The translations under genes were made by a program, and so were the position numbers. The notes beneath the pieces are model-generated. The model had not been told where the DNA came from. It did no database searches and saw only the letters and a list, made by a program, of their open reading frames with translations. From assembly GCA_002269645.1 (NCBI GenBank), contig NIVC01000327.1:310001-374000 (forward strand): a stretch of DNA of 64,000 nt, written 5' to 3'. The stretch comes from Macrostomum lignano. Taxonomy: Eukaryota. Below, one piece after another: positions 36,901-48,610 of this stretch. Each line of letters begins with the position of its first letter. Positions within the stretch are counted from its first letter, which is position 1.

Positions 36901-39900
36901 ATACCAGGAATATTTTTAAGAGTGATGCATGCCAACTGTGCATGCCTATTTTGATGTACAAGGCCAATGTACGCCTAAATTTTTGGGAATATACTATATA
37001 ATCTAGAGTGTGGCTCTAGTCCTATCTTAGTCCTACTTTTAATAAAACTTAAATCCTACCTACTATCTTAGCAATCTCTATATGCCAAGAGGGCACACTA
37101 GGCCTCTTTATACTAAGTTAATATCCCAATGATATACTCTAGGTCCCTATATATGCTAGAATTTTCTTGCATACATATATACCATTTAGATTAGAATCTA
37201 GTATGATCTAGACAATAGATTAGTAGTAGTATTATTAATTGTGTGAAAATAATTTAAACCTATTCAAAAGCAAGAATAATAGCTAATTATATACAAAGCA
37301 GAAAAATGCTTCAATTTTGGAGCCACCAAAAGAGCTTAACAAGTTATTTGGTACCATAGAAATAGAAAGCAACCATTACATTATAGTCATAATTATCTTT
37401 ATATATTTAAAATAAATAACCTTGTTTGTTTTAACCTTGATGAAGTGACTAGATGCAAAACAGCTTAAAAATAATATAATGAAATGAAGTAACTAGTGAA
37501 ATGAAGTAACAAGGCACTTCTGGCACTTTTAGTACTACTACTAATACTGAATGCTGACTACTAAATCACATGTCTTGATGTTTTAGCATTAACTACTAAT
37601 GCTGAAACAAGACACATTCAACACAATAGAAATCCTTGTTTAACAACTCTTTGCAAGTTTTCTAACAAGCATAACTAGCAGTACATCAGGACACTACACT
37701 TGTGATTTGTAGAGCATTTTTGAAGGCCAATTTATTCATTTTTATATTTATGTACAACAACACAAGTGATGCACTCTAAGAAGGTTTTGAGTTTTAACTC
37801 CTTAAAGGCTAATTTTCATTTTCTAATTGCAGCAGACAGGCACTATAATGAAGTTATTTTTAAGTCTTGCACATTGGTTCATCTATCAAATTCCAGCCAT
37901 TTGTTATCCAGTATGTTTTTGTTAACTGTTAATTAGCATTTAAAAGGTTCCCAAAATATTATTATTGATTCTAAATGAGTTAGCAGTACAAAAGTATACT
38001 TACACTACTATAAATATATAGCTGCTATAAAACTACAGCACAATAATATATATAATAGGGCAACAAGAGAATGGCCCACACAAACTAACAGTCGCCTGAA
38101 GTATTCTACACTGATCATTTTAACATACCTATTCATGCTTAGGTGCAACCTTGGGATTCATCCGGCCATTTCTATTGGCAACATACATATGTAAGTTGCT
38201 ATTGGACAGAACAGTAGTCACGTGACTGCTCTCAGCCAATAGTGACTTACATGTGTGTGTTGCCAATAGAAATGGCCAGATGTATGTATGTATTATATGT
38301 ATCTATGTATGTATCTGATTAGACAAAAATTATCTTTATATATACTTCTGAAGATTCAGAATCAATATTTGAAAATCAGCTGCCAAATTTTTATGCAAAT
38401 TGTCCTAATGTATTGTAATATTTGTTTTGTAAAGGTTTTATTTATTCACTCAAATTTTGGATATGATAATAACAAAGAACATTTTGTAGCATTTTTATTT
38501 GAGGAATAATATCATGTTTAATTCTAGACCAACACATGTTTTTGTTTTTTTCACTAAGATATGTTTAAGCACTTTCTAATTGGCAGTTCTTAAAAATTAG
38601 AAAGGACTGGTAATGGAAGTACTAGAAGATGGAAGTTACTTTTTTTTAAAGTACTGGTACCAAAACAAGTGCCAGAAGTTACTTTCCTTGGAACCAGAAA
38701 TTACTTAACCAGAAGTTACTTTTTCAAAATAACTTTTTCAACATTGGAAGTAACCAAATATTTATGCTAGATACTTAATTATCAACCAATCAATCTATGT
38801 GAGATTTGAGTTAGTGAAAACTATTTTTTGTTTATTAGCTATTAAGTTGCAGCAAGCAATAACAAATTGAACAACAAGTTTTATCAATTGAGATGACAAA
38901 ATGACTAGGATTAATTGACAATAAGATTCTAAAAAATATGTTTGATTGCCATATGAACTCACTTGAAGTTGGAACTAATATGATTGGTGGATGATGAAAT
39001 GACTCCTTTCAGGTAGCGCATGTTAATTAAGATGAAGTTACAATAGTCAAGATAAGCACCCTAGATACTTAGACCTAGATGACAAAATGGTAGATGACGA
39101 AACATACATACGCAACAGTCAGCCAAGTTGGCCGACCAATTTAGCAGCCAAGCAAGGAAGTCGCAAAAATGCCCACCCAAAAATACCAAAGTAGTAGTAC
39201 TAAGTAGCTGATGAGGCATTTCGGCTTAGTAAGATGATCATAGCTACTCCAGCCATTTACCCAAAGTTGCATTTATTTTGCTTTAGGGTTTTTTTACATG
39301 TAAGTCGCATTTTGGCCCATACTTAGGAAGGTGGCCTGTACGCAAGAATTTTCCCGCGTGCACAAGCCATGCTAAAATTTTGGCGTGCAAAGTTGGCGTG
39401 CAAATAGGGGTCTCAAGCCACGCCTAAATTTTCAGTATACAAGTTTTTTACTTGGCGTGTAACCTTGGCGTGCAATTACAAACTGACAGTGTATCAAAAA
39501 GTCAGATATAGATGTATACACTATATGTATACAATATATAAAGTTAAACGTGAGCAATTGAATTTGAATATTGATTAAACCAACTAGTTGAGGCTACAGC
39601 CTAGCCTATAGCCTAGCCTACAGCCAGGTCTATACTCTACAGCCTACATTAAAATTAAAATATCCAATAACTTTTAAATGCTCTTATTTTGTGACTCTTG
39701 TGACTTGTAGACTTTTAGTTTATTTGTTTCTTGAAATGTGAAAAAAAGTTTTTGATATTCACTATGTTCTTTGTAGCGAATTTCCTTTTTTATATAAACT
39801 TTGTTTAACATAAGTAGAAAATTTATTTAAAAATAGTATCTAATATGGTATACACAATTTTCGGCGTACATGATTTTTGGTATTCAAGATTTTTGGCGTG

Positions 39901-40459
39901 CAACCGAAATGTCATGTTAAGGGTTTTAAAAAATTGGCGTACATTGGCGTGCACCAAGGATTTTTCCATAAATTGATTCCCGCATGCACTTGCCGCCTTC
40001 CTGACTATGGATTTTGGCCAAAAACTACGTTGCTTTTTTGTTAAAACTAAGTCACATGGCCGACCGAATTTTCGAGGTGGCACATGTATATGATGAAATG
40101 ACTAGGAACCTTAGGCATAGCCATAAGCTTATTTAATGATATAAAACTAAACTTAAATATTTTATACTCAATATTTTAGTTTTGGTTAGAACAAAAAAAG
40201 AAAAATTCAAAATTTTTTTTTAAAAACATACCTTAACATCTTCAGAGCCTATTTTTATAGATCTCTCACGAAAGTCAACACCAATAGTGGCTTCAGTCCT
40301 AGAAGGAAACTTTCCTTCACAAAATCGATAGGTCAGACAAGTCTTTCCAACATTGGAATCTCCAACAACAATAATTTTGAAAATTCTTTTGGACTTTTTG
40401 GCACTAGCTGAAGCAAAAGTTCCAACATTATTTCCATTTATTTCATTCAGATTGGACAT
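33946..40459 (-). CDS. rab33: Rab33 small GTPase, 237 aa: join(40459-40232,34431-33946)
   Basis: [76 protein letters not shown]-terminal CLC prenylation motif; gtatgt / acacag phase-0 intron. Confidence 0.95.
35048..35462. repeat. ~85-bp inverted repeat pair (35048-35135 / 35376-35462), likely a MITE remnant in the Rab33 intron
   Basis: aaaatgtcaattctttcaaaag...gagttac versus gtaactc...cttttgaaagaattgacatttt. Confidence 0.6.
39103..40090. mobile_element. MITE family A interrupted by a family B insertion
   Basis: Halves match 11425-11713; TSD tgacgaaa / tgatgaaa (7/8). Confidence 0.85.
39317..40010. mobile_element. MITE family B (CCATAG termini), 694 bp
   Basis: TIR ccatacttaggaaggtggc / gccgccttcctgactatgg; perfect 8-bp TSD attttggc. 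Confidence 0.9.
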
Positions 40460-43400
40460 ACTTAGACATTACATACTAGCGTGCTAATTAATATTACAGA
40501 CTACAGTAACGATTAGATGACGATACTAATGAAACCAAAACAGGTCTAACGAGTACGCAACTAATTATAAATTAGGAAAAATATTTAGGTGTATAATTTT
40601 CGCAACGTTCTGAGCTCACAGCGCTAAAGCACAAATTTAAATTTTGGACTATAGAAACTCACATGTTAAAAAAGGTTTTAACAAAACGTTAAAGGTAGGT
40701 AATACCTAAACAAAATTCCTAGCTATTAAATTCAGTTTAAATATTAGAAACATAAAATATTTGGCAAAAATACTTTGATGGTCAGATAAGAAAAAAGAAA
40801 CGTTTGCTTTTGACTGAGCTGCAAATTCCGGGGTGATAGATACGGGAGTTGTGTATAGTAGATTAACTATTATAGAGAAGCAGGCAAGGTATATGACGTA
40901 TCTTTATGATGTGTATTCGTGAGACGGTTCGTTCCGTCTAATCGTTTATTTGTGGTAACAAAAAGGAGCGGAAATAATTCGTTATCGTAGGAGCCCTTGT
41001 CTCACTCGCTCGTTCGTTAGTTAATAACTTTATGAGGAGTGTCATGTATGCGCGCAGTAAACTTAGTGCGTACATATACATCTAAATATACTAAATCTCT
41101 ATGTTTGCTTGTCCATAACGCTCTAGAGCGAGCAATTCTTCACCAATTTTGGTAGTTACTATACTTCAACTTCAATACTCTTCGTACAATTATTATTAAA
41201 GTTGTTAAAATTTTCCTAAAATTCTTTACCAGACTAAAGCACGAATCATTGTGACATCATAAAATTACTCTACGTGGGCTGTCATCACAGTGCGACGCTC
41301 CGCCTTTCAGGCTCGGGGACAATTTTTATAAAACCTAAAAAATAAATGCATTGACTTTTCGTTGTGATAATAACGAGGTTCTACCCGACGGGTGCTAACA
41401 ACAATTTTAATACATCAAAATCGCAGATGATTTCGAAGAAAATGCATTCTTAGTTTTGGACCTTTTGGTGTGCTACCAGCTACTGTAGGGGGTCGTTCTC
41501 AAAGCTAGGTCACAACTTTTTGTTATTGCAAAAAAAGTTTATACATCGACCAATAATCGTACAAAAAAAATTATTTCGACAATTTCTGTAAGAAGCTGCT
41601 ACTAAAACCACAAGAAAACTTGAAATTGAGAAGAAATCAAGGCTATTTGTTATTCTTTGTTGCGGAAAATAAACGACAAAAATATTAAAGAGAAAATAAA
41701 ATTTTCTTCTATTTTTATTTTAAATATGCAGTTAAATTTCTTTTGCAAAAATAAAAGAACAAGAAATTGACAAAGGAAATGTTTTTGAGCACAGCATTTT
41801 GTTACTCTGCTCTAAATCCCAGACATTTAAAATTATCGTGTGCGAAAAAGTGCGAAATTATTATAGCATGCACTCGAAAGGACTTCGATCAGTTTAACTA
41901 ATCACTGAATTAAGAAGTCTAAATAAGTCTTGAAAAGTTGAATTAAAAATCAAGTTTTCACTATGTATCTTTTCAAAGTCAAGATGATTCGACAAATAAA
42001 GAATGTTCATTTTTACGGTGAATAGAATTGTTCATTTTTACATTAAATATAATAAAATCTAACTAATAATAGAAAAAGTCAGGGAACTATCCTTGAACAC
42101 CAAAAAGCACATTGTGGATTTAATATCAACTGCATGTTCCTTAATAAAGGAATTCGGATTCTAGTATATATTTGATTATTTGTAGCATAATTTCTGAAAA
42201 CTATAACTTGCTTGATTTTACTTTAAGTACTTATTACATTAATACTTATACCAAAGCTGCATGTACTTAAAATAAAAAATTATAGTTACTTATTAGACAT
42301 TTTACTCCAATTAACTTAAAATAATTCAAATTTATTTTAATCAATTCATTTTTTGAAACTTTTTGGAAAATAGACAAAATTGAATTATTTAATTACCAAA
42401 AACCTACTAGCTTAACTAAAATAGCAGTTAGTCTTTAAAAAAAGATTTCACTTGTTAATTGAGAAAAATGAGGGTGTGCGAGGTGTAAAAATGCGAAAGA
42501 GCATGCAGGAAACAGAGACAAACAAAAATGTAGGTAAAAGACACTGCACATGCACATAATATGATAACCAGACATAATGCGCACACTGAAACACCAGTAG
42601 CAATGACGCCCAAGCTTTTGATGATCACAAGCGAAAAGGCAAAACCCAGCCATCAATCAAAGAAGTAGACTATAGCACGCATCTTGAGTGCATCACACAT
42701 TTTTTGCAGAGAAGCTCGAAAATTAACATTGTATTCTGTGCACAACCACCAACTGCGACAGGGTCTGCCGGGGGATTTGTGGGCACGCGGTCGCGGATAC
42801 AAATCGGAGGAGTCGCTGACCATTCTGAAATTACTAGCTAGTACATGTAATTTTGTGTATTAATATATTTAGCCCGCTTTATTTCTATGCTCTCGTCCGC
42901 CTCTCGTTAATGCATCCCCAGACTCATGGAATAATCAAACTTATGATCGAACTATGCATGGCTTCCATCCCTCGCTTTGAATCTCTCACCTCCCCATAGT
43001 TCCATCAACCTTACCGTAGTGGCTTCCTATGCAAAAATCATCCCTCCGCATCTTACACAGGCTACTTCAGGCTGTAGACTGTACTACACTATTAATTAGT
43101 TGCGCTAAGGAATCTACATGTATTTTGCTCGCAGCGCAACGCGCTGCTCAAAGAAGTTTAGATCTATCTAGATATTCTAGTAATTTCAGGTTTGTCCATA
43201 GACTAGAGCTCATGAGATGAGAATTCCATTAACTAGTACATTTAATATGAATGAACTGCGTGTGTGTGTGCTGTGCATACATATGTATAATATACGAGTA
43301 GTTTATGGGCCAAATTATTGTGTGGCACAATTCTTGGCATCACTCAGCAGGCACAAGATGCAGTTAAGCAGCGCACGAAAATTCTACAAAAGAAATTGAG

Positions 43401-45871
43401 CCTGGTTGAGGTGATGCGAGGAGGCAGATCCACACAATCTCAGTGAATACACCAGACTGCACCAGATACGAGTCCAGTCGAATGTGCGCACTGGTCTAAG
43501 CAGCACACGCATGTCCTTCTGACAATGACGGCACCTAGCTTCGTCCAAGCCTTTGCCAGCGTCACTGACAGCGTCAATACTACCATGCAGTGCCACCTGC
43601 AGCACCGACAACGGCAATTCCTCCAGTTAGCCCACAACAGTGGCTAAACTGAGGGACATGGAACCTACCCGCAGAAGACACACACATACACACACAGCAC
43701 CGGCAGCAGCACTCTGACAGCATAACCTAAAGCTCCATGAGCTCAGTTTTCAAGCATTGAAGAAGCAGAAGCAGTCATCTTGAATCCAGGGATCAGGAAG
43801 AGTGTTGCATGTCCGACATGTGCTGTTTCCGTGGCAAAAGGTGATGGAGCAAATTAATCAACACTTACTATCTAGCTCGTATTAAGACTAAAAAACTGAG
43901 GCAAGCTGGGATTAAACCAAAGAAAATTTTTTACTATACTTTTTTACCATGTACTTTTACTATACTTCTATAGTATAGTAGAGAGGTACTCTATTTAAAT
44001 GCAGTAAGAAGTGAAACAAATTTATATATTTAATTATTAAAATTAAATTAATTCAAGGTAAATAACTAATTTAACCAATTTATTAGAAGTATTTAATATT
44101 TTAATAAATTGATTTTTATACCTTACACGAAATAAGCTCTACATTCATTTCTTAGCTTGGGGCCCATCTGTATAAGGTCAGTTTCTTCAAAATGCTGATT
44201 AATTAATTAAGGCCTGTTGTCTTTACTTAAATTTATAAGGGCATCTTAGAAGTTAATATTACTATATAATACATGTATAATATTATTACTATATTATAAT
44301 AATATAGTTGCAATTTTAATGACTATTGAATAAGTCTAAATGCTTCCCCTATTGACTCTAAATATATGGTATCTTTACCTTCAGAAAAAATTAGCATAGA
44401 ATGACTTGATGAAAACAAAAAAAATCATTTCGAGATACACATTTGCTGATCATTCAGGTCAAATTTCAAGGTCCAGTTTTGCACATGTTTCTCTGTAGCT
44501 TGGTTACAAGGATTTTAATAAAAATATAATAAATATGTCCAATGTACTAACTGATACATAGCCAAATTGAAGTATTTTCAAAAACAAAAAAAATCATTTG
44601 CTCAGTTTACTTTACTGGATATCTGTGTAAAATTTCAGCTCAAAAGGTGCTCCATGGAGAATGCTAGTGTGGTTACAGGATATTTATTTTGTGCTTCAAA
44701 GTAGGAGTTTATTGCGATGCATGGTTGCTTTTAATTATTTTTATCAACAATAGTGCTCTATTTCATAACAATTTTTTACAAAAAGATAAAAAGACATGTT
44801 TTTCTAATTATCTGCATCAAAATGTATCATTTTAAGCGCACATTCTAGACGTCAGCTGAAAAAATACATTTTGTGAGACGCAAAGAGGCTATCCCACCGG
44901 AAATGCTAGGCGTACAGTTAAGCGTCTATAAAATCATTTATAGTGCAGTTTATTGAGCTTTAAAAAAATCTTAAATTAAATTTATATAAGCTTTAATTTT
45001 AAATGTAATATAGCAAGGTTTCAACACAACAACAACTTTTTTTTAGCTACAGACATCTTGTAGTACCAAAAATTAACATCGGTGAAATGATTGAATTTGA
45101 ATTTTTTCATCGCTAATTATCGCTTAATACCGCCAGATGATTAAAAAACACTTTTGCATGATAAAGTTTAACCCAAAAATTATCTTTATTCACAGATAAA
45201 AGTGTCCTATTATTTTCAATATGGCAGTAACAATAGTAAATGTTCGGAAAATTGTTAAAATTTTTGCTCCTCCTAGAATTTGCGAACGACCCTAGGGCGT
45301 AGGCCCTATGCATTATTCTTGGCTTGGCCTCTCTGTCGTTTTGGTGGCATTTTTCAATTTAAAATTCTTCCTTTTTTCCATACTAATCATGCATTTGTTA
45401 TTTTTAATCAAGTTTGTTTCCCGTGGAATTCGGTTCTTTTTATATTATAATATTCAACATTCCACATTCGTTGGTCGTTGGACTCATTCTCTTCTCATGT
45501 ACAATATATGTGCAAGTTTAGTTTGTCATTGTATAAATTGTTTTAATATAGGCCCGCAGTAATAATTTAAAAGAAGGCATTACTATGAAGCTATTATGTG
45601 TAATTTTTTATTATGTAGTTTGTCTTAACTTTAATTGTTTAAAGTAAAATTCTAATTAAACATTTTTTAGATAAATCCAACTTTAATAATATTAATTTAT
45701 TCATTCATAATATTTATAGGGCTTTTTACCAAATGCCTAGTTCAACACCATGGGTGCCAGTTATTTTGTCTGCCAATAGTTCATCTGCTAACTATACAAA
45801 AAGTTTCTCATTCTTAAACTATTTATTTAGGCCTTTTTACAAAATTGGTGCATGACTAAGATCCCTACAAG

Positions 45872-46888
45872 ATGAGTGTAATATACACCGCACATTATTA
45901 CGCATGTTATTCCGCACATTATTCCACACATTCCACTAGTTATTCTACATGTTCCGCACAGTATTCCGCACGTTATTCTGCATTCTATTCCGCATGCTAT
46001 TCCACACGCTATTCCGCATGTTATTCTGCACATTATTCCGCATGTTATTCTGCACAAAATTCTGCACATTATTCTGCAAGTTATTCCACATGTTAGTCTG
46101 TACTTTATGCTGCACATTAGTCCACACATCTACTTTTTTAACATATTTCCCACTATTAAGCTAGCTCTAGTCTAACTTACGACTGAACTTACGCATCCGA
46201 TACATGATTTCCACATCAAAAATGTGAAGATATAGATATAGTTTTAATATAAGTATGACAATCTACATAAAATACAATTGTAAAAATAATGTGTCATTAG
46301 CTAAATGCTTTTAGAGCATAATTATAGCAGTAATACGGTTTACTTACTACACATTAGTTTTTATTTAGTGTTAGGACTTATAATATTTATTAAATCATAA
46401 ACTTCTTTCAGTATCAAAGAACACTTTATTTTGCATCCTGTAGTAGTGACACATTTATGACTCTGATGTGATTCTTTCATTAATTAATATATGTTGATAT
46501 GTAGTCACTCTTCTCTTATTTTTCTCTAACGTCTCCGCGACCCCACCCCTGTGCATGCAACTCTGTAACTCAACTTACAACTCTACAACTATAGACTCTA
46601 TTGCAGTCAATTATAATTTTACGAATGCCATATACTCGTAATCCAGGAAAATATAACGACAAGCTTATGTACATGTAGGCCTTTTGCTTTACATTTAAAA
46701 TGTATCAAAAATTGAAAAATTACTTGTAAATTTTATATAGAACATTGTGCAAAAATGCCTAATATCATGCAAATAATGTGCGGTCGAATAACGTGCGGAA
46801 TAATGTGCGGTCAAATAATGTGCGGAATAATATGCGGAATTACATGCGGAATAACGTACAGAATAACATGCGGCGTAAGTTATTCACG
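45872..46888. mobile_element. Non-autonomous Foldback-like element, 1017 bp, with inverted arms of ~12-13-bp tandem repeats
   Basis: Left arm (ttattccgcaca)n at 45872-46130, right arm (aataatgtgcgg)n at 46768-46888; 10-bp direct repeat tccctacaag at 45862-45871 and 46889-46898. Confidence 0.75.
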
Positions 46889-47042
46889 TCCCTACAAGGC
46901 CTACATACCAAGACTGCCATAGCTATTATTGGCTATTGGTATTAAGGGGGAGCTACTAATCTTCTTGCATTGCTATTATTCTTATAGGTTCCTCTCTTGC
47001 AGGCTTGTCTTGCTAGTTCTTCTACCCACTCATCTTGTCTGG

Positions 47043-48010
47043 CCATAGTAAAAAAGATGGCACAGTGTACACCAGAATAATTTTTTGAGACAATCTGTAC
47101 GTCGTCTATGCGTCGTCTATGCGCCATCTGAGCCACACTCTTCACAAGTAGAGTTTTCTAATAAAGGCTTTTGTACAAAGTTTTTTTTAAATTTTTCAAG
47201 TATTTTCATTTTAAACAAACTTAAATTATACCTACAAAAAGAGTGATACAAAATTGATAATTTTAGCAACAATTTATACTAATTTTTTTGCTATTAATTT
47301 TTAAGAAGCAAAAAGTTTATCAATGGTTCTCTAGGCTATATAAATCTCCTTTATTTTATATAAAACATTAATTTATATTACAACTTTCATGTATGCCATA
47401 GTCAGGAAGGTGGCCTCTGAGGGGGAAAATTCCCGCGCACACAAAGGGTCTTGGCACACATTGGCGCACAAGTGTGGTGCACACTGAGGTCCTTGGCGCA
47501 TGCGGCGCACAATCATGGGGCACACTGAGGTCCCTAGCGCATGCGGCGCATAATTGCAGCGCATAAGGTCCTTGACATGCATGAAAATTGTAATGCAAAT
47601 TAACAATTTTATGTAAAATAAAGGAGATTTGTATAGTCTAGAAAGTCAGTGATAAACTTTTTGCGTCTTTAAAATTAACAGTAAATAAAATAAGTATAAA
47701 TTATTGCTAAGAATATTAATTTAGCATTACTTTATTTGTAGGTATAATATAAGTTTGTTTAAAATGAAATATGCATAACATTTTAAAAACAAATGGCGCA
47801 TGGACAGTGCACAAATTGTCCCAAAAAAATTATTCCGGCACGCATTGTGCCACCTTCCTGACTATGGCATGTATGTCAGGGACCTAGGTGTGGGTATAGG
47901 TGCTGCATGTGCTAAGGATCTCAGTGTATGCCATTATTGTGCGCCAAATACACTAAGGACCCCTTGTGTGCGCTGGAATTTCCCATGGCAAAGGCCACTT
48001 TCCTAACTGG
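47043..48010. mobile_element. Older, degenerate family B element hosting a younger B copy in opposite orientation
   Basis: 47043-47395 is an inverted homolog of 47600-47867; 47876-48010 is an inverted homolog of 47396-47480; no TSD recognisable. Confidence 0.65.
47396..47867. mobile_element. MITE family B, 472 bp
   Basis: TIR ccatagtcaggaaggtggc / gccaccttcctgactatgg; perfect 8-bp TSD catgtatg. Confidence 0.9.
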
Positions 48011-48341
48011 ATCTCCTCTCTAGCATCATTCAATAACATATTGAGCCAAATTCTTTCCCTAGCTCCTCAGGTGTTGCCACAGTCTAGATTGTGTAGTAGT
48101 GTATGCTGGAACAATAATTCTATCTTAGCTAAATGTATGTCAATGTATACCAAAAGCAAGAAATTTCCCTAAAATTTATGCAAAAAAATTCCTCTTTATA
48201 AGGTCATTTGGTTTTCAGGAGTAGAGTTTCCTGAGAAAGGCTTTGTATAAAAACATTTTAAAATATTTTGATTATTTTCATTTAAAACAAACTTAAATTA
48301 AACTTACAGAAATAGAAATGCAAAATTTACATTATTAGCAA

Positions 48342-48610
48342 CATACATGCACAACGTCAGCCGAGTCGGCCGATCTGGCCAACCAAATTGGCGGCCAACC
48401 AAATTGGCGGCCAACCAAGGAAGTTGCAAAAATGCCCACTTGAAAAAATAACCAAGTAGTAATACTAAGTAGCTGACAAGGCACTTTGGCTTAATAAGAC
48501 CCAAATTTGTGTTAATTTTGCTTTAGGGTTTTTTACATGTAAGTTGCATTTTTGGCCAAAAACTATGTCACATTTTTGTTAAAACTAAGTCACAAGGTTG
48601 TGCATGTATG
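48342..48610. mobile_element. MITE family A, 269 bp, inserted in a B-like internal sequence
   Basis: Exact TIR catacatgcacaac / gttgtgcatgtatg; perfect 8-bp TSD attagcaa. Confidence 0.9.

Noticed and set aside
41265-41285. ACGTGG motif upstream of Rab33 as a Golgi-stress element
   Set aside because: A 6-mer match ~0.8 kb upstream is expected by chance
43384-43640. GC-rich stretch with a 77-aa minus ORF (LHGSIDAV...RCRHCQKD)
   Set aside because: No start context, convincing splice sites or recognisable motif; may be a relic but cannot be supported
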